Part shown: positions 1 to 8,057 of the stretch, one piece after another
How the letters are laid out: the number at the start of each line of letters is the position of its first letter
Numbering within the stretch: the first letter of the stretch is position 1
NCBI GenBank assembly: GCA_964402565.1
Contig: CAYOCJ010000002.1
Location: 170,982-234,981 of the forward strand
Direction of reading: 5' to 3'
Source of the DNA: an uncultured Gammaproteobacteria bacterium
Lineage (GTDB): Bacteria > Patescibacteriota > Patescibacteriia > UBA1558 > 2-01-FULL-52-15
Length of the DNA: 64,000 bases
Program-made: the position numbers and the translations under genes
The notes under the pieces: generated by a model
Database searches by the model: none
What the model saw: the letters and a program-made list of their open reading frames with translations, nothing else
Told to the model about the DNA's origin: nothing

Positions 1-342
1 CCACGGCTTGCCGGGGATGCCTCCCATCGCAAGCATGGTTACGCCATTGTCGCCAGGAATGAATTGGCGCTTCTGATGTGCTGGTGCATGCACGAAAGTT
101 CCGGGGTTTAATTCATAGCTCTGTCCGTCTGCTTTCAACGTCACGCTGCCTTCGATGATATAGTACACCTCTTCCTGTCCGTCGGTGCTATGGTCGTGGT
201 CAGGATAGTCTTTCCAGTGCGGCGGCAGTTTTAACAGGTTCATGCCCCATGCTGTGAGGCCCAAGCCCTTTCCTGCATAGTTAAATTGGCCTCCATTTGC
301 ATAGCTTTCGAAATCTTCCGCACGTTTGATAGTAATGCTCAT
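1..342 (-). CDS. cupin-domain protein (partial; C-terminus lies beyond the window start)
   Basis: Minus-strand ATG at 340-342, then an open frame to position 1 with no stop. Translation MSITIKRAEDF...EEVYYIIEGSVTL...GTFVHAPAHQKRQFIP matches the cupin beta-barrel (two-His motif region). Absent from the ORF track because it runs off the edge. Confidence 0.6.
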   Translation of the reverse strand, partial: MSITIKRAEDFESYANGGQFNYAGKGLGLTAWGMNLLKLPPHWKDYPDHDHSTDGQEEVYYIIEGSVTLKADGQSYELNPGTFVHAPAHQKRQFIPGDNGVTMLAMGGIPGKPW

Positions 343-405
343 GATATATGTTAAGAAGTTAGGTCTGTAGTATAACTGAAAAATACTGATTTACAAAATA
401 TTGCA

Positions 406-1938
406 TTATTCATATTCGATAGTTGCCGGCGGCTTCTGCGTAATGTCATACAGTACGCGATTAACGCCTGCAACTGACCCAACAATAGCGCTTGAGATCT
501 TTTCTAAAGTCGCGGGAGGTATTTTGTACCAATCCGCGCTCATGCCATCCACGGAGGTAACAGCGCGCAGACTAATAATGTACTCATAGGTTCTCGCGTC
601 TCCCATAACACCGACTACTTTCAAGGGAAGTAATGCTGCAAATGCTTGCCATATCTTCTGGTAATCGCCGGATCGTTCTAGTTCTTCTATAAAAATTGCA
701 TCAGCGTCTCTCAGGATCCGTAACCGCTCCTGAGTAATGTCTCCAACTATCCGCACCGCAAGCCCGGGGCCGGGGAATGGATGCCGCCGGAGCAATGTTT
801 GCGGTATGCTCAATGCTTTTCCAAGACTTCTCACTTCGTCTTTATATAGATCGCGCAATGGTTCCAGAATTTTGAGATTCAGGCGCTCCGGGAGCGTTAG
901 ATTATGGTGGCTCTTGATCTTTGCGGCTACATCAGAGGTTGCGGCTGATTCAATTCGATCAAGATAGATAGTGCCTTGCGCGAGAAATGAGATAGGGTAC
1001 TTTTTTAGGTTTTTTTTGACTGCGTTTTGAAAAATATCGATAAAGCTATGCCCGATGATGGTACGTTTCTTTTCAGGGTCATGAATGCCCTTCAGTCTTT
1101 GCAGGAACGTTTTTTTTGCATCAACCACTACCAAAGTGCTAAAGCCGTTGTTGCGCAAGAATGATGATACATTCATCACTTCATTTTTTCTGAGAAGGCC
1201 GGTATCTACAAAGACCGGATGTAATTGTTTGCCGATCGCCTGATGGAGAAGTTTTGCTGCTACCAGGGAGTCAACGCCGCCGGAAATGCCAACGAGAACA
1301 TGTTCTGAACCGACTGTTGTCCGTATCTCAGTGATGAGTTTTTTACGAACGTCTGATATATTCCAATCTTTTTTTGCTTTGCAGATCGAAAAGAGAAAGT
1401 TACGAAGCATCGTAATGCCATGCTCGGTATGCGTCACCTCAGGATGAAATTGTATGGCATACAATGCTTTTTTTTGAGAGAAAAACGCAGCATGTTTACA
1501 GCTCTGCGTTGAGGCGATGCTGGTGAATTCGGACTGCAAATGCTGCACCTGATCGCCATGCGAGAACCAGACGATTTCAGTAGATTTGAGTGATTTAAAA
1601 AGATCGGTTTTTTTCTTGATCTTCAGCAGTTCTTTGCCGAATTCTTTTCGCGCTCCTGTACGGACTATTCCGCCGAGCATATGCGCCATCAGCTGATGGC
1701 CATAGCAAATGCCAAGTATGGGTATCCCCAGTTTAAAAATATTCTTGTCTGGTTTCGGACTTTTCTTCTCAAGAACCGATGCAGGACCTCCCGAGAGGAT
1801 GATCCCTGATGGCTGCAATGCCTGCAAGGTGCTGGCCGGCGTATTAAAAGGAAAAATCTCGGCTTTCACACCGAGATCTCGTACACGTCGCGCTAAGAGA
1901 TGTGCAAACTGGCTTCCAAAATTTAATATCACAACCAT
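406..1938 (-). CDS. guaA: GMP synthase (glutamine-hydrolysing)
   Basis: N-terminal class-I glutamine amidotransferase motif GIPILGICYGHQLM. ATP-pyrophosphatase P-loop VLVGISGGVDSLVAAKLL. Dimerisation domain at the C-terminus, TAA stop. Start chosen at the internal Met (MVVILNFGSQ...) typical of GuaA. The ORF-track start at 1971 is probably an extension. Confidence 0.95.
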   Translation of the reverse strand: MVVILNFGSQFAHLLARRVRDLGVKAEIFPFNTPASTLQALQPSGIILSGGPASVLEKKSPKPDKNIFKLGIPILGICYGHQLMAHMLGGIVRTGARKEFGKELLKIKKKTDLFKSLKSTEIVWFSHGDQVQHLQSEFTSIASTQSCKHAAFFSQKKALYAIQFHPEVTHTEHGITMLRNFLFSICKAKKDWNISDVRKKLITEIRTTVGSEHVLVGISGGVDSLVAAKLLHQAIGKQLHPVFVDTGLLRKNEVMNVSSFLRNNGFSTLVVVDAKKTFLQRLKGIHDPEKKRTIIGHSFIDIFQNAVKKNLKKYPISFLAQGTIYLDRIESAATSDVAAKIKSHHNLTLPERLNLKILEPLRDLYKDEVRSLGKALSIPQTLLRRHPFPGPGLAVRIVGDITQERLRILRDADAIFIEELERSGDYQKIWQAFAALLPLKVVGVMGDARTYEYIISLRAVTSVDGMSADWYKIPPATLEKISSAIVGSVAGVNRVLYDITQKPPATIEYE

Positions 1939-1989
1939 AATGAATACTAGCACAGCACTCGCACACAGCACAAGTCTGATATTGTCGAT

Positions 1990-2589
1990 TTACTTTTTTG
2001 CGTCAGCCATCATGCGTCTCCGCATTGCATCGCCCAATAGATCAAAAATACAGCTGATACTGAGGATGGCGATCGTGCCGCAAGCAAGCGTCACTCCAAG
2101 GTTGCTGACACGGGATTCAATTTCCCGCATATTTCTGCCTGCTACGGCGAAGTAATCGGGTTTGCCTGGGACATAGCGGATGACCAGAGCAATGCGCGTT
2201 CCTGCATGTGGCTGCCAGGTCACTCGGTATTCACCAATGCTTCGGGCATGATCAAAAACGCCGACAGGAGGCTTCGGTTCATTGCCATCGATCATTCCTG
2301 TCGATGCTATCGGACTTCCATGCTCGTCAAAGACTGCGATGAACGTGGTAAGGCTTTTTTGGATGTCGAATGTATGATCTGCGGGGACTAGGTCTTTCGG
2401 CTGCAATCCATTCGAAAGCGCTTGTCCAAGGTCTTGTGTTATTTGAATTTGAGGATCATTTAACGACTGGCGGTACTGTTGCTGCGCGACTACATAGATA
2501 AGACTGCTCAAGCCGATAATAGTTATGGCGAGCGGAAGCCAATGACTGAGAATACCTTGCATGTGTTTCATATGCATTGAGTATAGCAA
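1990..2589 (-). CDS. hypothetical membrane-anchored protein (N- and C-terminal TM segments)
   Basis: 199-aa ORF with hydrophobic helices near both ends and no recognisable catalytic motif. Confidence 0.45.
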   Translation of the reverse strand: MLYSMHMKHMQGILSHWLPLAITIIGLSSLIYVVAQQQYRQSLNDPQIQITQDLGQALSNGLQPKDLVPADHTFDIQKSLTTFIAVFDEHGSPIASTGMIDGNEPKPPVGVFDHARSIGEYRVTWQPHAGTRIALVIRYVPGKPDYFAVAGRNMREIESRVSNLGVTLACGTIAILSISCIFDLLGDAMRRRMMADAKK

Positions 2590-2617
2590 AGTGAATTAGA
2601 AACAGATAGCTTTAACT

Positions 2618-2648
2618 AAAAGCGCGCCACAATTGTGGCGCGCTTGAA
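2618..2648 (-). terminator. intrinsic terminator for the 2664..3095 gene
   Basis: Perfect 22-nt palindrome gcgcgccacaattgtggcgcgc. On the minus strand it is followed by a T-rich run (ttttagtt). Confidence 0.6.
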
Positions 2649-2663
2649 GCACGGAACGTGAGA

Positions 2664-3095
2664 TTAAGGCTTCACCAGGACACCGACATACGCAGGTCCG
2701 TAACTGGTCGAGATTGGTTTCGTGTAGATCATGTCACCTGACGAGTCGGTCGCCGTGAATGCAAGGTTTGGCGCGATACCATCATTTGGCAAGGTAGCTA
2801 CGATAGCGCCATTCAAGTTCCAAATCATATTATGCCAAGACGAGTATAGTTTCGAAGTATAGCCGCCGCCTCGGCCGGATGATCCGCAGCGCGTCCATGC
2901 GTATGCTTTGCCGGTAATATTGCCTGCACTGTCGAAGCCGGTAACATAGGTTGACGTATGAATCCCGCCGCAGCTAATGCCGAGTAAACCGCCTCCTGCG
3001 GGAAGGTTAATGGTTGTCGAAGCGAATGTAGGCTGAGCGAAGATCAATGGCAGAAGTGCTGTCATTGCGAAGAGGATGAATAACTTTTTTCTCAT
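2664..3095 (-). CDS. small secreted Gly-rich hypothetical protein
   Basis: Signal peptide MRKKLFILFAMTALLPLIFAQPTFAS, then a Gly/Ser/Thr-rich mature region. No recognisable domain. Confidence 0.5.
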   Translation of the reverse strand: MRKKLFILFAMTALLPLIFAQPTFASTTINLPAGGGLLGISCGGIHTSTYVTGFDSAGNITGKAYAWTRCGSSGRGGGYTSKLYSSWHNMIWNLNGAIVATLPNDGIAPNLAFTATDSSGDMIYTKPISTSYGPAYVGVLVKP

Positions 3096-3232
3096 AAGGA
3101 TAGTATGTAAATAATTAAGGTTTTTATATCTTCGGCCTTTATTTTTTGATAGTAGGCAATAGACATCAAGATGTCAAGAATAGAATCATGAATTAAAAAA
3201 CGCCTCCGAGTGAGGCGTTGATTCTGCAGCCG

Positions 3233-3781
3233 TTAGCACTTGCAAGGGCCCCATGTGTGCAGATTATGTTTTTCGCAAGCACATCCCTGATGGCTCCGCC
3301 AAAATGATGGGCACCCTGCATGTGGTGCGCGTTTTTCGCCGAGGAATTCGTCTTCAGTAGGGAGGCGGAAATCAGCAACAATCTTTTCCGGTAAAATAGC
3401 ATACAGTACGCGATCATCATCGATGGTCCGTTCCCGCTCATCGATATCGCGGTGTATTTTGATAGCCTTTTCAATGCGCGCTTCTTCTTTTTTGAGCGCT
3501 TCATCATTCATTGATTTCAAATCATCATCCCAATGCGCCGGATCAGTGATAGCATCAGCATGCTGCGGTTCAGGCAATGCGCTTTTACGGTAAATCCAGA
3601 AGGACCTGCAACAGCGCATGGCTTCCTCGAATGACGGAGGCTTCTGCGGCTCGGGTTTTGAGCCTTCAAGCACTGACCAGACAGACCAGTCGTCTACCCA
3701 GCAGCGGTCATCGCCCACCTGATCGCGGTGATTGCGAATGGCCGTTCGATATTTTTTTATGGTGTCTAGCGTCATGCTCAT
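3233..3781 (-). CDS. hypothetical protein with a C-terminal Cys cluster
   Basis: Start MSMTLDTIKKY overlaps the upstream stop as ATGA, giving translational coupling with the DUF4287-like gene. Charged and helical, and ends GCPSFWRSHQGCACEKHNLHTWGPCKC. Confidence 0.45.
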   Translation of the reverse strand: MSMTLDTIKKYRTAIRNHRDQVGDDRCWVDDWSVWSVLEGSKPEPQKPPSFEEAMRCCRSFWIYRKSALPEPQHADAITDPAHWDDDLKSMNDEALKKEEARIEKAIKIHRDIDERERTIDDDRVLYAILPEKIVADFRLPTEDEFLGEKRAPHAGCPSFWRSHQGCACEKHNLHTWGPCKC

Positions 3782-4005
3782 TTCTTTTTTTTCGGATCTG
3801 AGACCCATCCTTTATCTTTAAACACCGCCCAGATAGCCATGCTGTGACCATGTCCAAGTCCAAATTCTTTTGCCAAGAATTTCACTAAGCCGCCGGCCTT
3901 CATATCAGGGGAATAGACGCCGGCTTTCTTCGCGGCAGCTTTGAGCTGAGCAGGCGTTTTGCCAGTTTTAGCTTGAATGTTGTCGATATAGGCTTGAAAG
4001 GACAT
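3778..4005 (-). CDS. DUF4287-like small protein
   Basis: MSFQAYIDNIQAKTGKTPAQLKAAAKKAGVYSPDMKAGGLVKFLAKEFGLGHGHSMAIWAVFKDKGW is the conserved DUF4287 pattern. Start taken at the internal ATG at 4003-4005. Confidence 0.6.
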   Translation of the reverse strand: MSFQAYIDNIQAKTGKTPAQLKAAAKKAGVYSPDMKAGGLVKFLAKEFGLGHGHSMAIWAVFKDKGWVSDPKKKK

Positions 4006-4007
4006 GG

Positions 4008-4298
4008 CTATAATTTGAAATAGTACACCGGGGAGCATCCTATCAGAACAGCAGCGATCTGAATGCTCAAAATGATAGCTCCCTGTTTTGGATTTTTTGG
4101 TAAGGACGCCATGGCGAAATAAACCACCATGAAGAATTCCAGGACAAGCCATATCTGAAACAAATGTGCGGCAGTTCCTTCATCAGGTTGGCGGACTGGT
4201 GCGCCGTGCAGAGCAAAACCAAAAAGCATCATGACTATCACCATGAGAGATAGGGCGGCAGGAAGCCAGGCGTCTGGATTTTTATAGAGATTAGGCAT
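4008..4298 (-). CDS. small integral membrane protein
   Basis: 96 aa with 3 predicted TM helices. Confidence 0.4.
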   Translation of the reverse strand: MPNLYKNPDAWLPAALSLMVIVMMLFGFALHGAPVRQPDEGTAAHLFQIWLVLEFFMVVYFAMASLPKNPKQGAIILSIQIAAVLIGCSPVYYFKL

Positions 4299-4707
4299 GA
4301 GAAGTGGAGCTCGATTTTTGCTTCGAATGAGATTCGTAAAATTTCCACCCAGCCCATGCCATGAATGGCACTAAGACTGCTAAAGCCCAGGGGTACCACT
4401 GTGGCCCAAGATTCAAATTCGCTGTTCCTATAGCTGCCCCGACGCTTCCAAGCGTTCCGATGATTGCCAGAACCAGCACATGCTTTGCAGGATGATGAGG
4501 TGCCAGTTTTGCGGTTATAAAAAATCCAAGAGCATTGAAAATACTGCGGTAGATAATGACGATCCAGACCAACCATGCAGCAACGTACAGATTTGTTTTT
4601 GGCAAAACACCAGCTGCTTCCAATGCGAAGTCAGTGATATGAGAGAGAAGCGCTCCGACGAGGATGCCTGCGATAATAGCCCAGATGCTTTTTAAGACTG
4701 ATCTCAT
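4291..4707 (-). CDS. small integral membrane protein
   Basis: 138 aa with 4 hydrophobic helices. Confidence 0.4.
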   Translation of the reverse strand: MRSVLKSIWAIIAGILVGALLSHITDFALEAAGVLPKTNLYVAAWLVWIVIIYRSIFNALGFFITAKLAPHHPAKHVLVLAIIGTLGSVGAAIGTANLNLGPQWYPWALAVLVPFMAWAGWKFYESHSKQKSSSTSHA

Positions 4708-4715
4708 ATGTATGA

Positions 4716-5960
4716 TTATTTTAACACAGATAGTAATACTTTAAGTGCTGTTTTTTCAGTATCGATACCGGGGTGAACTGCTCGCAGCTCACGCAGCACA
4801 GTATCGATTTTGCCGTCTATGCGAGTCCACGCCGCCGGATCTTTTGGTTTCAATCGCGCTTCAGAAGTATCCCATTCGTATTCTAAATCACTGATGCGAG
4901 CTGTCGCTCCGGATTGGTTTCCTAGATTGAGGAGATCGAGAGTATCCTGTGTAATTGTTGTAAATGAGGAAAGATCACCCAGTGGCGACGATAGCGCAGG
5001 AGTTGAAGTGGCTGTAGCAGCAACAGGCTGTGCAGTCGTTTCATCGCCTTGTAAGTCCGACTGGCGCATATGGTATCCGATAAGCCCCGCGAGCACCAGT
5101 ACCGTAACCACGATCGCGGTTTGCAATAAGCCGCTTCTGCTTTGATCTGCAACGATTTCTTCAGCAACCTCTTCCTTTGTTTCTTTTTCAATACGATCTT
5201 TCTTTGATAGAGAGAGGTAGGCAACTATTCCCAGAATACCCCCGACGAAAATAAAGCTCGTGATAGTTGCGCCAAGACCTAATCCGCCATATTTCGGCGG
5301 CTGAGAAAGGTAATCTCCTATCGATGCCCCGAGCGGTCTGGTCAAAATATAGATCATCCAGAAAGAGAGGACATGGTTCATTTTCAGCTTCCAGCCGATC
5401 GCGAAAGCGGCGATGAGACCGGCGATGATGAAGCCAGTCGTTGCGTAGCCAAGACCAAGCCCTTCAGCCATAAGGTCCCCTGCAGCAGTACCGAGCGCAA
5501 AAGTAAACAGAATGGTGAGCCAGTAAAATGCTTCGCGCCTTGATGTAACAATCGAGTGTATCGAGAGTGTTTTTTCAAAGTAGTACCAAATAAGGAACGT
5601 TGCTGCCAAAAGAATACTGAAAACAATGGTGCTCGTTTCAAGCGGCACGCCGATCTTGTCGGTCAGGTTATCGGTGACCAGCGTTCCGAAGACGCTGATG
5701 AACATGACAGAAAGCCAATACGTGACTGGAATATACCTTTTTGCCTTAAACTGAAACAACAAAGCTAATGCGAGCGCTACCCCGGTAACAATGGATGTAC
5801 CGGTAAGTCCGAAATTTAGATTGACATTTAAGTAATCGGCTGCCGTTTCCCCGACGGTCGTGCACATAACCTTGATGAACCAGAACCAGAGGGTGATCTC
5901 TGGGACTTTGTTGAGCATGTGGCGTAACTTTGTATCGGAAGATTGAACTGGGGAGGACAT
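4716..5960 (-). CDS. polytopic membrane protein, COG4705-like (repeated TxGExxxD motifs)
   Basis: WFWFIKVMCTTVGETAADYL plus later GTAAGDL and GASIGDYL repeats, as in the uncharacterised membrane-anchored protein family. C-terminal soluble domain. The exact start is ambiguous among 5960, 5972 and 5996. Confidence 0.5.
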   Translation of the reverse strand: MSSPVQSSDTKLRHMLNKVPEITLWFWFIKVMCTTVGETAADYLNVNLNFGLTGTSIVTGVALALALLFQFKAKRYIPVTYWLSVMFISVFGTLVTDNLTDKIGVPLETSTIVFSILLAATFLIWYYFEKTLSIHSIVTSRREAFYWLTILFTFALGTAAGDLMAEGLGLGYATTGFIIAGLIAAFAIGWKLKMNHVLSFWMIYILTRPLGASIGDYLSQPPKYGGLGLGATITSFIFVGGILGIVAYLSLSKKDRIEKETKEEVAEEIVADQSRSGLLQTAIVVTVLVLAGLIGYHMRQSDLQGDETTAQPVAATATSTPALSSPLGDLSSFTTITQDTLDLLNLGNQSGATARISDLEYEWDTSEARLKPKDPAAWTRIDGKIDTVLRELRAVHPGIDTEKTALKVLLSVLK

Positions 5961-6030
5961 ATAATCTAGCATAGAACAAAAAAATGATTTGCACAAAGAA
6001 TCATTTTTTCAGTCATCGGCCGAATTATTC

Positions 6031-6049
6031 TGGCGGAGACGGGAGGATT
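6031..6049 (-). repeat. 19-bp direct repeat of the 3' end of tRNA-Ser (att-like remnant)
   Basis: tggcggagacgggaggatt is identical to 10099-10117, the T-arm through CCA of the tRNA-Ser gene, and has the same orientation. Confidence 0.7.
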
Positions 6050-6176
6050 TTCGCCTCGCGGCGTACTCGCCGCTTCGTTGCCAGGGGCAGCGCCTAAAGC
6101 TTCATATCCTTCGCTTCAGCCGGCGCTCTCCGCCCAGGGCGGATCGCTGCTGCCCGTTCGAATCCTTTATCTGATT

Positions 6177-6437
6177 ATTGCTTTCCGTACTCATCTTCGA
6201 TGAGTCCAGAAAACAATGGCGGTCCTTTTTGGACGAAGTTCGAACGTTTTTTAATGAAAATCCCGATGCTGAATTCTGATGCGCGCCGCCTGTGGCGGCG
6301 CGGGGTCAAATTTGCCCATCCAAAACTCACTCTAGCAAAAAGAGATACACAAGGCTAGCGCCCAGCCGTCAGGCCTGACGGCTGGGCGGGAAGGAAAAAA
6401 TGCGCGGCGACAGGGGTTCAAGGGGATGTCGCCGCGC
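6177..6437. repeat. left arm of a 261-bp inverted repeat (IR-L) with three GC-rich hairpins
   Basis: By-eye alignment shows 6177-6437 is the exact reverse complement of 9839-10099. It contains the palindromes cgcgccgcc-tgt-ggcggcgcg, gcccagccgtcagg|cctgacggctgggc and gcgcggcgaca-loop-tgtcgccgcgc. Confidence 0.85.
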
Positions 6438-6471
6438 GTCCAGTACAAGATGATAAAGGTTTCACTATCTG

Positions 6472-7482
6472 TCAACGGTCTGGATAGGGTGCATTCTTTT
6501 GACTTTTCGCTTTCTCAGCAATCCCTGAAAAGAGATGACTGATTTTTGCTGCAGTCAGGATAAAAATGAGTAGATTAATAGCTATGAGTGCTACGCTAAT
6601 TATAGCAAGTGCATCCACAGCTACGGATCTCGATATAATGAGTAGATAATGAACGAGGGGTGCGGTAGGGTCTTCGCGCAGTTCTTCAGAAAATAGACGA
6701 AGTACAAAATTGTATGGGCCATAGTGTATAGCTGCAAGAATGGCGGCTCCAAGTGCTACCCAGAATAAACTTTGCAATGAGATAATTGCTTGGAGACGTG
6801 TATTTTTTGTCGATTTCGGGACATTGACGACTTGTAATTTGAGCTGTGCGATCGTTAGATCAGCGACCATGCCTATGCGTTGCCGTAGACCATGGATAAG
6901 GCCGTATTTTTTTTCTTTTATAACCTGCGATAGGCCTTTAATGATAGTGTATCGATAGCCTTTACCATAGTACTGTGCATAAAAATTAAGACCTGCTTCA
7001 ATACGGAAACCACGTTTGTAATACGGCGGGAGCATCTGCCAAAGTTTTTTAGTAATGGCGCGCTCACCACCAAGGAGTGGCACAAATACCATGATATTGT
7101 GTAAGGCATAGATTTTTCTATTACGCATTGCTATGAACATATCAACGGTACCATCCAGAACCGGCTCTACTAGTGTAGTTACCATTGTGTGTGTGAGCCC
7201 AGATATATCAGCATCAATAAAAAGTATGATATCAGTTCGTGCGAGGCTGACGGCTATGTCCATAGCATGACCCTTGCCTTGATTTGTAGAGAGTCTGATA
7301 TATCGCACGGAATATTTTTGTGTAATTTCCTCAGTTCTATCAGTCGATCCGTCATCAACAACAATAACCTCATAAAAACCTGGGTAGGTCGTCAGCACAC
7401 TAAGAACAGCGCCTATGCGTTGCGCCTCATTGTATGCAGGAACAATGGCGGTTACTTTTTTTCCAGTTTCTTCTCCAACCAT
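6472..7482 (-). CDS. family-2 glycosyltransferase (polyprenyl-phosphate sugar transferase, DPM1/GtrB-like) with a C-terminal TM tail
   Basis: GT-A fold motifs are AIVPAYNEA, VIVVDDGSTD and the DAD triad in FIDADISG. Two to three C-terminal TM helices, as in GtrB/ArnC. Confidence 0.8.
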   Translation of the reverse strand: MVGEETGKKVTAIVPAYNEAQRIGAVLSVLTTYPGFYEVIVVDDGSTDRTEEITQKYSVRYIRLSTNQGKGHAMDIAVSLARTDIILFIDADISGLTHTMVTTLVEPVLDGTVDMFIAMRNRKIYALHNIMVFVPLLGGERAITKKLWQMLPPYYKRGFRIEAGLNFYAQYYGKGYRYTIIKGLSQVIKEKKYGLIHGLRQRIGMVADLTIAQLKLQVVNVPKSTKNTRLQAIISLQSLFWVALGAAILAAIHYGPYNFVLRLFSEELREDPTAPLVHYLLIISRSVAVDALAIISVALIAINLLIFILTAAKISHLFSGIAEKAKSQKNAPYPDR

Positions 7483-8057
7483 AGGGTGACGGATTTAAAT
7501 AAAATAACAATAGCTACAACGACTACTAAGGTATACTCGGTCTTGTGCAGGACAGGAAACAAGTTTTTTGTACTACTCCCTGCGAGCCAGCCGATGGTAA
7601 GCATGACATGCAGCCATATCATCGTGCCTAGTGTGTCAAAAATAACGAAGGTCCAGAAGCCTATTTTCCTGACGGAAAGGTATAGAATGGTCAGAATTCT
7701 GGTACCGTACAGAAATTTGATAAACAATAAGACCAAAAATGGTTTGTGGCCTGTTATCGTCTCAAACCGCTTCAGAAGCGCTTGGTATTTAATTTGTTTT
7801 TCATCCCACGAATGTATGCGCTTAAATAACGTCTGGCCGAATAAAAACCATAGGCTGTCTGAAATCACCGTGCCTGCAAGCGCGAGCCAGAATACTGCGG
7901 AGATGGACCAGATCCCTTGACCTGCGAGAAAAGCGGCTGTGATAATTACAGTCTCACCGAAAAAGAAGGCCCCAATGAAAATAGCCGGCAGCTGGTATGT
8001 GAGTAGCAGTGATGTAATGAGGGGATGTATAGATTTATATATTTGATGATTTAGAAA
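7452..8057 (-). CDS. DedA/VTT-family membrane protein (no canonical start codon; frame continues from the PAP2 gene across a TGA)
   Basis: Conserved DedA core FGETVIITAAFLAGQG plus downstream TM helices. The ORF track calls only 7452..7868 from a GTG. The in-frame region back to the TGA at 8058-8060 is open and encodes the DedA N-terminal helix. Confidence 0.55.
   Translation of the reverse strand, partial: FLNHQIYKSIHPLITSLLLTYQLPAIFIGAFFFGETVIITAAFLAGQGIWSISAVFWLALAGTVISDSLWFLFGQTLFKRIHSWDEKQIKYQALLKRFETITGHKPFLVLLFIKFLYGTRILTILYLSVRKIGFWTFVIFDTLGTMIWLHVMLTIGWLAGSSTKNLFPVLHKTEYTLVVVVAIVILFKSVTLWLEKKLEKK

Noticed and set aside
6031-6176. A second complete tRNA-Ser copy in the 6031-6176 region
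   Set aside because: Only the 19-nt 3' fragment and scattered T-loop/anticodon-like pieces are present. No cloverleaf can be drawn.
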